Shown here one piece after another: positions 29,100-37,383 of a DNA stretch of 64,000 bases; position 1 is the first letter of the stretch; each line of letters begins with the position of its first letter. The DNA is from Faecalimonas sp. (lineage in GTDB: Bacteria; Bacillota; Clostridia; Lachnospirales; Lachnospiraceae). The translations under genes were made by a program, and so were the position numbers. The stretch is taken from the NCBI GenBank assembly GCA_045649885.1, contig JAZRQP010000010.1, positions 4,263 to 68,262 of the forward strand, in the 5' to 3' direction. Below the pieces are notes generated by a model, which saw nothing but the letters and a program-made list of their open reading frames with translations, searched no databases and was not told the origin of the DNA.

Positions 29100-29159
29100 T
29101 TGTTTATGCTCCTTTGATTCCGTTGGGGAATTGCCGGTTAAAGCAACTCCCCAATTAAT

Positions 29160-29558
29160 TTAGAAAAGATTTTCAATAAGTTTATTTAATACTAATTTCT
29201 TCAAGTATCTGCTATCTTCACCATTGATTTCTATATCAAATGGGTCAAAGAATTCTGAATGTATTTCCTCGCCTGATTCATCATCAATCCATAAAATAAT
29301 TGAAACTGAATATCTGACTTTACAATTTTCGATATTGATGTGTAATGCAATATCTCTATAGAGAACAAAGTCCTCTAAATTAATTTCTGGATGCTTCAAC
29401 AATAATGCTTGATTAAACATTTTTTCACATTCTTCATATTTCCTGCGAATGTTGTCGGACATTTTCTCTATTGGCAAATATAAGCCAATATCCGTATCAC
29501 TTAATAAAATGTCATTGATTGCTACTTTTCCGATGTTTTCGATTTTTTTGTTTTTCAT
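29160..29558 (-). CDS. Hypothetical protein
   Basis: 132-aa ORF with AGGTAGG RBS, followed by a GGGGA hairpin terminator (~29117-29146). Confidence 0.65.
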   Translation of the reverse strand: MKNKKIENIGKVAINDILLSDTDIGLYLPIEKMSDNIRRKYEECEKMFNQALLLKHPEINLEDFVLYRDIALHINIENCKVRYSVSIILWIDDESGEEIHSEFFDPFDIEINGEDSRYLKKLVLNKLIENLF

Positions 29559-29664
29559 AGGTTGATTACCTACCTTTCTTTTTGATTTTGTTGTTTTGGC
29601 ATTTCTGCCGAATGGGTGCGATTAAACTGAATAATCCACGGCTAAACCGTCACACCCTGATTGA

Positions 29665-29820
29665 TTACTTACGATTCTTTTTAAGTAGTTTTGAATCATC
29701 AAAATATTTCATTTCCCCACCTTGATAATTTGTTTTAGGTGTAAGAATTTGGCTTCGTCCTATCTTTTGAACAACTCCGTTCTTGGTTACTGTCGCAAAT
29801 TGATTAATTGTTTTCTGCAT
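29665..29820 (-). CDS. Unannotated 51-aa basic small protein
   Basis: Hand translation MQKTINQFATVTKNGVVQKIGRSQILTPKTNYQGGEMKYFDDSKLLKKNRK; AGGAG RBS upstream; co-oriented in the operon. Confidence 0.6.
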   Translation of the reverse strand: MQKTINQFATVTKNGVVQKIGRSQILTPKTNYQGGEMKYFDDSKLLKKNRK

Positions 29821-29868
29821 TATGTACACTCTCCTTTTTTATTGGGGAGATTGCTCTCCCCATTCCTA

Positions 29869-30186
29869 TTATTTAATTCGTAATACTCCGAATGTGGATT
29901 CTGTTCTGACACTTGCAAACTGTTCCATACTAAGCAATTTTTTTACTGCTTCTTTATTTACGTTTTCTCTTGTCTGTACTGAATACGTTGCTTTGTAATC
30001 TGTGCCGATATACTGGCGAATTGGCTTGCCGTTCTTGTCGGTTGCCTCACATTCTTTAGTTTCATTCAGAAATTCGATGATTGCGTTTTCTGCTTCTCTG
30101 ATTTCTGCTTCTGTCTCTTCCTTTAATGCTTTGAGACTTCTTAACTCTGCTACTTTCTTTTCAAGTTCTGATTTTGTCATACACAT
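29869..30186 (-). CDS. Hypothetical coiled-coil protein, first gene of the leftward operon
   Basis: AGGAGG RBS; heptad N-terminus; promoter TTTACA-17-TATGAT upstream. Confidence 0.7.
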   Translation of the reverse strand: MCMTKSELEKKVAELRSLKALKEETEAEIREAENAIIEFLNETKECEATDKNGKPIRQYIGTDYKATYSVQTRENVNKEAVKKLLSMEQFASVRTESTFGVLRIK

Positions 30187-30248
30187 AATGACTACCTCCT
30201 ATTTAATTAATGATTTTGTGTCGGTCTGTTTCGTTTGACCTTGTAGTT

Positions 30249-30366
30249 ATCATACACTAATGTTAGTGTTTTGTAAATTGACGTTTTCACTAATATTTGT
30301 GTATTTAATTTCACTAATATTTGTGTATTTTTACCAATTGATAATTCACCAGTATTAGTGTATAAT
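30249..30366. promoter_or_regulatory. Divergent sigmaA promoters with a shared CACTAAT operator array
   Basis: Minus TTTACA(30272-77)-17-TATGAT(30249-54); plus TTGATA(30338-43)-17-TATAAT(30361-66); 22-bp direct repeat at 30285-30306 and 30309-30330; palindrome ACACTAA-TG-TTAGTGT at 30254-30269. Confidence 0.8.
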
Positions 30367-30414
30367 AAACTCAACAACAAAATAATAAATCAATTTTTAG
30401 GAGGTATCATTACT

Positions 30415-30951
30415 ATGATGAAAATTTACTTAACAAACTTAGGAAAATATAACGAAGGCGAATTACTGGGCGAATGGGTAAAGTTGCCAGCAACAGAAGA
30501 AGAACTAGAAGCAGTTTTTGAACGTATCAAAATATCAGACGAACCAGACGAAAACGGCAACTATTATGAAGAATATTTTATAACAGACTATGAGACAGAC
30601 ATTGACGGCTTGAAAATTGGGGAATATGACAACCTAGAAGAACTTAATGAACTGGCTGAAACATTGGAAGGCATGGACGAAAACGAACTAGAAGTTGTTG
30701 GAGTAATGTTAGAAGACGGATGCGAATTTGATGAAGCAATCAAAAAGACAGAAAACGGCGATTATAGAATCTATTATGATTGTAGCAATATGACGGATGT
30801 AGCATATGAAGTTATAGAAGAATCTGGATTTTTAAATAATGTATCTGATATAGTAGCGCGTTATTTTGATTATGAAGCATACGGCAGAGATTTAGATATC
30901 GAAGGCAAGTTTTACATGACAGATAGCGGAAACTGTATAGAAATTTTCTAA
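30415..30951 (+). CDS. ardA: Antirestriction protein ArdA (DNA mimic); start reassigned to MMKIY
   Basis: KIYLTNLGKYNEGELLGEWVKLP, EEYFITDYE, YFDYEAYGRDL; very acidic; AGGAGG RBS. Confidence 0.93.
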   Translation: MMKIYLTNLGKYNEGELLGEWVKLPATEEELEAVFERIKISDEPDENGNYYEEYFITDYETDIDGLKIGEYDNLEELNELAETLEGMDENELEVVGVMLEDGCEFDEAIKKTENGDYRIYYDCSNMTDVAYEVIEESGFLNNVSDIVARYFDYEAYGRDLDIEGKFYMTDSGNCIEIF

Positions 30952-30970
30952 TATAGAAAAGTAAAAAAAT

Positions 30971-31001
30971 AAGGTTGGGAGCGTTAAACTCTCAACCTTT
31001 T
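30971..31001 (+). terminator. ardA terminator
   Basis: AAGGTTGGGAG-CGTTAAA-CTCTCAACCTT plus T-tract. Confidence 0.8.
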
Positions 31002-31303
31002 ATTATGTCTTTTCTTGGGTGTAATTCTATACGTTTCTAGGGGTTAAAATCACTTTTAGATGGTCTAGCATAGAATTGCTAGACTGTGAGCAAATAAACG
31101 GAAATTTGCTTGATTTTGTGCTTTGTGTGGGTGTGCCGGTGTTGTCCTAAAGTGGCGGGTATTTTACATTTTGACGAATGTTCTGTTTCTCCAAATACCC
31201 TATAGGTGATGTTTCTACACACTCCGTAGTGATTTTGAACTCCGAAGTTAAATATATGGTGATAATTAAAATATTTCTAATCGCTAAAAAATATTTTATG
31301 TTA

Positions 31304-32287
31304 CTAATTACCTGAAAAAGTCACTTTATAATTTCCTTCTTCAAAACCATACTCCGTAAATGTTATTTGATATGACCTTCCTTTCTCTAAACTTGTTTTA
31401 ACAAACTGTCCACCACCACTACATTTCTTTCCATCTTTAACAAACAAATACTCTCCACTAACATTTTTTGGACATCCTGCCACCTGATTGATTATTTTAA
31501 CCGTAATTGTAACAGTCACTTTAAATTTACCGGACATATAATCTTCTTTTTGTATTGCAACATTTTCTATAATCCATTCATTGTATAATGTTTTACTACT
31601 ACTAGAACGAGTTCTATAGTATATTCCTTCGGAACCATCTAAGTGAAATTCGGTCACTACTGAATTTTCGGCAGCGGAACGTTTTGGTGTATTTTCTTGT
31701 GCAATTAAGACAATATTGCACTCAGAACAATGTTTCCCTTCTGTTAATCCTGTTGATGAGTAGGTAGCTGCTACGGCTTTATCAATTACCTCTGTGTGTC
31801 CTTTTGCTGATACATAATCACCTTTATATGAATCTCCACAAGTACAACTATATGTGGTGTAGCCTTGCTCTGTACAAGTAGGATTCGTTTTTGATTTGGA
31901 ATACGAATGTTTATGTTTTTCAGTTTCTTTTTTGTTTTCAGAAGAAGTTGTTTTATTTTCCTTTGATGAAATTGAATTTGTACCACTTGATTTGTCAGTT
32001 TGCTTTTTCTCTTCAGTAGTTTTATTTGATTCCTCTTTAGTTGTAGGCTTTGGGGTAGATGTAGTTCCTGTTGCTGATTCAGAAGCATTATTTTCTACCA
32101 CAACATTCTCTTCTGCTTTTGTATCTTCTCCAATAGTGTCATTGGCATTACTCTCTGCTATTTCTTCGTCAGTCATGGTTGATTCAAGATTCTCATTATT
32201 ATCTACTTTTTCATCCTTCTTACCACATCCGGCACAAGTTCCAAATACTAAAATCATAACTAATAAAATACAAATCGTTCTTTTCAT
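31304..32287 (-). CDS. Lipoprotein with Ser/Thr/Lys-rich linker and PTCTEQGYTTYxC-type repeats
   Basis: MKRTICILLVMILVFGTCAGC lipobox; HSYSKSKTNPTCTEQGYTTYSC and ATYSSTGLTEGKHCSEC repeats. Confidence 0.75.
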   Translation of the reverse strand: MKRTICILLVMILVFGTCAGCGKKDEKVDNNENLESTMTDEEIAESNANDTIGEDTKAEENVVVENNASESATGTTSTPKPTTKEESNKTTEEKKQTDKSSGTNSISSKENKTTSSENKKETEKHKHSYSKSKTNPTCTEQGYTTYSCTCGDSYKGDYVSAKGHTEVIDKAVAATYSSTGLTEGKHCSECNIVLIAQENTPKRSAAENSVVTEFHLDGSEGIYYRTRSSSSKTLYNEWIIENVAIQKEDYMSGKFKVTVTITVKIINQVAGCPKNVSGEYLFVKDGKKCSGGGQFVKTSLEKGRSYQITFTEYGFEEGNYKVTFSGN

Positions 32288-32349
32288 TCCTATAGTCCTC
32301 CTCATAAGTAATTATTTCTTTCCATATTCAGTTGATATCGTTTCTTCTC

Positions 32350-32853
32350 TTATTTTCTCTTAATAGCTTCTAGCAATTTAATTATTTCTGCAAATCCTAA
32401 GAACATTGTTCCAGCAATGATGCATGCAGCCCAATATACAAATGCTATAGCAAATGAAAATTCCGTATCTGTATAAGTATAATATGTACCACGAACAACT
32501 TCCACATTACCAAAGGCTATACCGGCAATAAAACCACCAATATAGATTATCCATGCAATTACAGTTAATGCCGTGGCAATTCCATTTTCAATATCTTTAT
32601 TAATAGGCTTATTGCTATCTGACTTACAACTTTCCTTCACTATCTCATATTCTTCATCCGTAATATCAATAGGTGCTTTCCGATAATACTTTCCTTCCAA
32701 ATTATCATACCAAGAATATTCATCGCTATAGGTGTCTGAATATTCTTTTTCGTATAATCCCTCTCGTATCAACAAATCACTTTTCTCTTTTTCAGATAAT
32801 TCCTTTTGAAGTTTCTCTTTGTGGTCTAAGTATTGCTTTAGTTTGTCATTCAT
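32350..32853 (-). CDS. Hypothetical membrane protein (2 C-terminal TM helices)
   Basis: Start MNDK after AAGGAG; hydrophobic segments IATALTVIAWIIYIGG and FAIAFVYWAACII. Confidence 0.7.
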   Translation of the reverse strand: MNDKLKQYLDHKEKLQKELSEKEKSDLLIREGLYEKEYSDTYSDEYSWYDNLEGKYYRKAPIDITDEEYEIVKESCKSDSNKPINKDIENGIATALTVIAWIIYIGGFIAGIAFGNVEVVRGTYYTYTDTEFSFAIAFVYWAACIIAGTMFLGFAEIIKLLEAIKRK

Positions 32854-33085
32854 TTGTACGCTTCTCCTTCTCATTCCTTAACATTGAGTCCCTCTTTTCA
32901 CATTATAGTTATTTTCTTAACAACAGTCGAGAATAAGACCATATGTGGCATTTTTACACCATCGTATATAGACGGGGATATGTTTACATCTGACAGTTTA
33001 AGTACCTATATACAGCAAGGTACTTTCTCAGAAAAGGCAGAAAATAAGGCATACCAGATAACTTAATATCCGATATGCCTATAAC

Positions 33086-34174
33086 CTAATATGGTTTCAC
33101 TTCCACTTTCAAAAACCTTTCATAAATATATTCAGGAATATTCTCTTTATATTTAGCAACTACCAACAATATATCGGCTTGTTTCATAACCTTATATTCT
33201 GCAAACGCTTCTTCTGCTGTATCCCATTCAGAAAGAGGTATTGTTCTTTCTGCACCTGTAAATGTGATTTCTGCATAATATTTCTTACTCTTTCCATTGT
33301 ATCTAACTCCAAGTGGTAACGTGTTCTCTGGTGTCTGTCCTTCTTCGTAGTGTTTCTTACTATTAGCAAGAAGTATGTTTAATCCTTTTGGTAATAAGCA
33401 ACAGAAATCAGGAGTATACATACCAGAACCATCACCAAATAAATCCTTGTCTACATCCATCTCTTCATCGCCACATTCATAATAGTGTTCTAAATACCAT
33501 TTCACAAATTCTCTTGGATTGTCAATCCAACCTTGCCACATAGTAGATTTATCATAACAAGAACGTACAGTATCATCATCTACTGTGTCACCACATCTTT
33601 TAAGAATTCCGTTATAAACCCTATATGCATGTAAACTTGCTTTGTTCTCATATTCAATATATTCTTGTTCAAGATTTAATTCTTGCCATGCAACCTTGCC
33701 AGTCTTTAAATCCTTATAATCCCTTGCGCTGACATATAGAAGATTCTTATACCAATTATTTGTATCATCTCCGTCCTTATGCCATATTTTATGTCTGCCA
33801 TAATATGACACAAGAAAAGTTTCTGCAACCAATTCTTCTGGTGTAGTCTCTCTCTTATATCGGCTACCATCGACCTTATCAATTTCAAAAACTGTATAAT
33901 GGCATTTACCTTCTTTATGAGAATAAAAAGTGTTTTTGTCTTTACGATTCAGATTATTTACACATCTTCCATAATTAGAAATCCAGTAATTCTCTGTTCC
34001 ATCCACACGGATAAAGACCTCAAAAGCATTTTTCAGTTTATACTTAATTGGATATTCTACTGGTATACATTTATCCTTTGAAATTTCAATTAGTTCTTTT
34101 TGCTCATCTAATATGTATTGTACCTTTCCTGTACACTCATTTTCCTCACTTGTAATAATGTTAATATCATTCAT
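33086..34174 (-). CDS. NUMOD4 - HNH - second HNH-like - AP2 domain nuclease
   Basis: VDGTENYWISNYGRC (NUMOD4); WHKDGDDTNNWYKNL (HNH_3-like); YNGILKRC...DVDKD...YTPDFCCLLP; GVRYNGKSKKYYAEI...WDTAEEAFAEY (AP2). Confidence 0.8.
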   Translation of the reverse strand: MNDINIITSEENECTGKVQYILDEQKELIEISKDKCIPVEYPIKYKLKNAFEVFIRVDGTENYWISNYGRCVNNLNRKDKNTFYSHKEGKCHYTVFEIDKVDGSRYKRETTPEELVAETFLVSYYGRHKIWHKDGDDTNNWYKNLLYVSARDYKDLKTGKVAWQELNLEQEYIEYENKASLHAYRVYNGILKRCGDTVDDDTVRSCYDKSTMWQGWIDNPREFVKWYLEHYYECGDEEMDVDKDLFGDGSGMYTPDFCCLLPKGLNILLANSKKHYEEGQTPENTLPLGVRYNGKSKKYYAEITFTGAERTIPLSEWDTAEEAFAEYKVMKQADILLVVAKYKENIPEYIYERFLKVEVKPY

Positions 34175-34288
34175 TCGTCCTCCTTTTATTTACCTAGAAT
34201 ATAAAATAATCCTACTGTTGACTTTCTTTTACTTCTTATCAACTAAGAACTAAACCTACACTTCTGAGGTAGTAGTATCACCTTATAA

Positions 34289-34690
34289 TTAATTTTCGCT
34301 ATGTGTAGCAGTTGTCTCATTTAATGTTTTTTCTGTCAGACGTTTGCACGCTTCTTTGAGATACTTACCAGCACTTGCTTTAAAAATGTAATGTGCCGGA
34401 TGAACATATATTTCTCTACTATATAGATTAATATGTTTTCTCTCAATCCTTAATGATGGCTCAATCTTAAAATATCCATCCATTATCGCAGTATCACCAT
34501 CTTCAATAATATCCACAAGTACATCCATTAGTGCATTAACAACTTTTTCAATAATCTCTTTCGTATATCTAAGTTTATACCTCTTTGAATATGGATGTCC
34601 TTTTCCATTACCACCGATAACAAATCTTTCATCTTTTAGTTTTTTTCTAACACGGTCTTTAATTTCAATCTTGTTTATTTTCTGATTCAT
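34289..34690 (-). CDS. HU/IHF-like DNA-binding protein
   Basis: IIEKVVNALMDVLVDIIEDGDTAIMDGYFKIEPSLRIERK...FKASAGKYLKEA is the HU fold; start MNQK. Confidence 0.75.
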   Translation of the reverse strand: MNQKINKIEIKDRVRKKLKDERFVIGGNGKGHPYSKRYKLRYTKEIIEKVVNALMDVLVDIIEDGDTAIMDGYFKIEPSLRIERKHINLYSREIYVHPAHYIFKASAGKYLKEACKRLTEKTLNETTATHSEN

Positions 34691-34979
34691 TCTCTCACTT
34701 CCTTTCACCATGAAACTGCTATTTGATTATGTTTATTGTGCTATATTAGGCTCTCACACGCACCAGAATCGTCATATTTCGATTTTCTGATTGTCTGTGT
34801 GAATTTCTTCGTCTAATAAATTCAGGCACTTAAAAAGCCCACTATCAATCATATTCCTATAACTGATAATGGACTTTAGTAAATGTCCAAATATTTAATT
34901 TTATACACATTCAAGGCATTATAATTAGTAAATAATTAGTATAATCAGAACTTTATATTATTTTGTACCGTGTAATGCT

Positions 34980-35036
34980 TTATTTTACAGTAGTCTTTCC
35001 GTTGTAATGGCAATCATAATCTATAATTGCAATCAT
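34980..35036 (-). pseudogene. Orphaned original hisH start (MIAIIDYD then out-of-gene CHYNGKTTVK*)
   Basis: ATG 10 nt after the HK stop codon; first 8 codons identical to hisH. Confidence 0.85.
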
Positions 35037-35037
35037 C
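35013..35037. repeat. att core, copy 2
   Basis: Identical to 19807-19831. Confidence 0.93.
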
Positions 35038-35046
35038 TTTTGCCCC

Positions 35047-36528
35047 CTACTTTAAGTCCAATTCAAACCAAAAAGCGACTCCATTTTCATAGTTTACCAC
35101 ACCATAGTCCTGTTGGAAAGAGTCCATTATGGCTTTTACAATCGATAATCCAATTCCATGGCCGCCATATTCTCTGGTACGAGCCTTGTCCACCTTATAA
35201 AACTTGCTCCAGATATGCTCTATTTCTTCATTAGGAATCTGTTTTCCTGTATTAAAAACAGACACACGTATCTTATCGTTTCCATCCATCTTGGTAATTC
35301 TGATATCAATAATCTTTTCGTTTTCAACATGGTTAAGGGCGTTGCTCAAATAGTTGCGAACAACCTGCTCAACCCGAAATTCGTCAGCCCATACAAATAT
35401 CGGTTCCTGACATACAAATCTTACTTCTGCTTCTTTTTGCTGAATCAAAATCTCATTACTTTGAATAATGCCTCGGATTAATTCCGTGATATCAAAACGT
35501 TCAAATGCAATTTCCTCTTCACCAAACTCCAGCTGATTTAATGTCAAAAGATTCTTTACCAACTGATTCATTTTATTTGCCTCATCCATAATGACATCAC
35601 AATAAAAAGCGCGACTTTCCGGATCGTCTGAAACTCCCTCTTTCAATCCTTCCGCATACCCCTGAATTAAAGCAATCGGCGTTTTAAGTTCATGGGAGAC
35701 ATTTCCTATAAACTCTGTACGCATGGTCTCTATTTTTTCTTTCTTTTCAATATCCTTTTGTAACTCATAGTTTGCATTTTTCAGTTCTGAAACAGTCTGT
35801 TCCAGTTTTTCTGACATTGTGTTAAAATTCTCACCCAGCACACCAATTTCATTTTCACCGCCACTCACATATTTAGCATCAAAATCCAGATTTGCCATGC
35901 GAGCCGACAAACTGGTAAGTTCCAAGATTGGATTGGTAATTCGTTTGGTAAAAAACCACACGAATACACTTGCCAAGCATGCCATAATCAATGTGATATA
36001 AATTAAAAATGTATTGGAAAGGGAAACACTTTCTCGGATACTTTCTAGAGGACTTCGCAAAATAAATGCATTGCCGTTGCTTAAGTACCCCCACATTTCA
36101 ATATATTCGTCTTTGTTAATCACATCCGTTGCACTATGAATCTGATAACGGTCACTGGATTCCAAAATTTCCCCACGCACCTGGTTCTTATTTAATAAGT
36201 ATCCCATCAATTGGGTAAACAACTCCTGTGTTTTTCGTTCACTCTGGGTAGCTGTCAAAAGAGCCTTATTATCTCCGTCAACAACCACAAAGGATATGTT
36301 TCCGACCTCCACAAGTTCGCCTAATTCCTCCAACATTTTTTCCGATGTCAGAGTTCCCTTTTTCGTTGCATCATTCATCTCATTGTAGACACGGATTAGA
36401 GCTGTCTGTTTATTATGAATATAAAAGCCTTCCAAAAACCATGTGTTAATAAGAATCGATACTAACAGTACAGCTGCAACCAAGGCAATGAAGATGGTTG
36501 CTATCTGGCGTCTGATTGATTTTTTCAT
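35047..36528 (-). CDS. HAMP-domain sensor histidine kinase
   Basis: H-box VSHELKTPI, N-box NYLSNA, FYKVDKAR, GHGIGLSI. Confidence 0.95.
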   Translation of the reverse strand: MKKSIRRQIATIFIALVAAVLLVSILINTWFLEGFYIHNKQTALIRVYNEMNDATKKGTLTSEKMLEELGELVEVGNISFVVVDGDNKALLTATQSERKTQELFTQLMGYLLNKNQVRGEILESSDRYQIHSATDVINKDEYIEMWGYLSNGNAFILRSPLESIRESVSLSNTFLIYITLIMACLASVFVWFFTKRITNPILELTSLSARMANLDFDAKYVSGGENEIGVLGENFNTMSEKLEQTVSELKNANYELQKDIEKKEKIETMRTEFIGNVSHELKTPIALIQGYAEGLKEGVSDDPESRAFYCDVIMDEANKMNQLVKNLLTLNQLEFGEEEIAFERFDITELIRGIIQSNEILIQQKEAEVRFVCQEPIFVWADEFRVEQVVRNYLSNALNHVENEKIIDIRITKMDGNDKIRVSVFNTGKQIPNEEIEHIWSKFYKVDKARTREYGGHGIGLSIVKAIMDSFQQDYGVVNYENGVAFWFELDLK

Positions 36529-37205
36529 GCTTCCACCTCGAATTTATAGCCCATGCCCCATATGGTTTTAATATAGTTTCCTTTATCGCCAAGCTTACTT
36601 CTCAGTTTTTTTACATGGGTATCAATTGTCCTTGCATCACCGAAATAATCATAATTCCATACATTGTTCAAAATCTTTTCTCTGGACAACGCAATCCTTT
36701 GGTTCTCCACGAAATATGTGAGTAATTCAAATTCTTTTACGCTTAAATCTATAATTTCTCCATCAATCGTTACCATATGGGCAGCTTTATTGATGACAAT
36801 TCCGCCCGCATTAATTTCGGCATCACCATCTACATTTTTCACACGTTTTAAAAGCGCTCCTACTCTGGCAACCAAAATCTTTGGACTAAATGGCTTTGCA
36901 ACATACTCATCTACTCCAAGTTCAAACCCTTTTAGCTCATTCTGTTCTTCTGCTCTTGCAGTAAGCATCATAATAGGAACCTTAGAATGTTCGCGCACTT
37001 CCTTGCACACCTGCCAGCCGTCCATACGCGGCATCATTACATCCAGAATGATTAAATCAATATTTTTATCTGCGTAAAACATATCCATGGCTTCAATGCC
37101 ATCTGATGCTTCTAAAATCTGATAGCCCTCTCGTTCCAAAAAGTCACGGAGTAATTTACGCATTCTGCTTTCATCATCTACAATTAAAATTTTTATTTTT
37201 TCCAT
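36525..37205 (-). CDS. OmpR-family response regulator
   Basis: ILIVDDE, LDVMMP, KPFS, RTIDTHVKKLRSK. Confidence 0.95.
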   Translation of the reverse strand: MEKIKILIVDDESRMRKLLRDFLEREGYQILEASDGIEAMDMFYADKNIDLIILDVMMPRMDGWQVCKEVREHSKVPIMMLTARAEEQNELKGFELGVDEYVAKPFSPKILVARVGALLKRVKNVDGDAEINAGGIVINKAAHMVTIDGEIIDLSVKEFELLTYFVENQRIALSREKILNNVWNYDYFGDARTIDTHVKKLRSKLGDKGNYIKTIWGMGYKFEVEA

Positions 37206-37383
37206 GAAACTTACACCTCGTCCAGAACTTATAATGTTATCCTAGCAAAGATTTATGTAAAAATTGTGTTTCCATTATACTATTTTTTCAAGCACAAATA
37301 AAGGGGACATTTACAGGCTTGAACAAAAGCTTCTACAAAAAAAGATGCGATAGCAAAACTACCGCACCTTTCCTTGCAATCTC

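Larger units (their letters stand above)
19832..35037 (-). mobile_element. 15.2 kb integrative element / prophage-derived remnant integrated at the hisH start
   Basis: 25-bp direct repeats at both ends; int+xis at one end; AT-rich; cargo includes ardA, Fic, HU, HNH and a tape-measure fragment; host synteny HK-hisH is restored if it is removed. Confidence 0.92.

Noticed and set aside
30285-30330. 22-bp repeats as a CRISPR array or replication iterons
   Set aside because: Only two adjacent copies with no spacer, no cas genes and no rep gene; an operator role fits better.
31896-32363. 155-aa plus-strand ORF and 100-aa alternate-frame ORF
   Set aside because: Low-complexity shadows of the Ser/Thr/Lys/Glu-rich lipoprotein.
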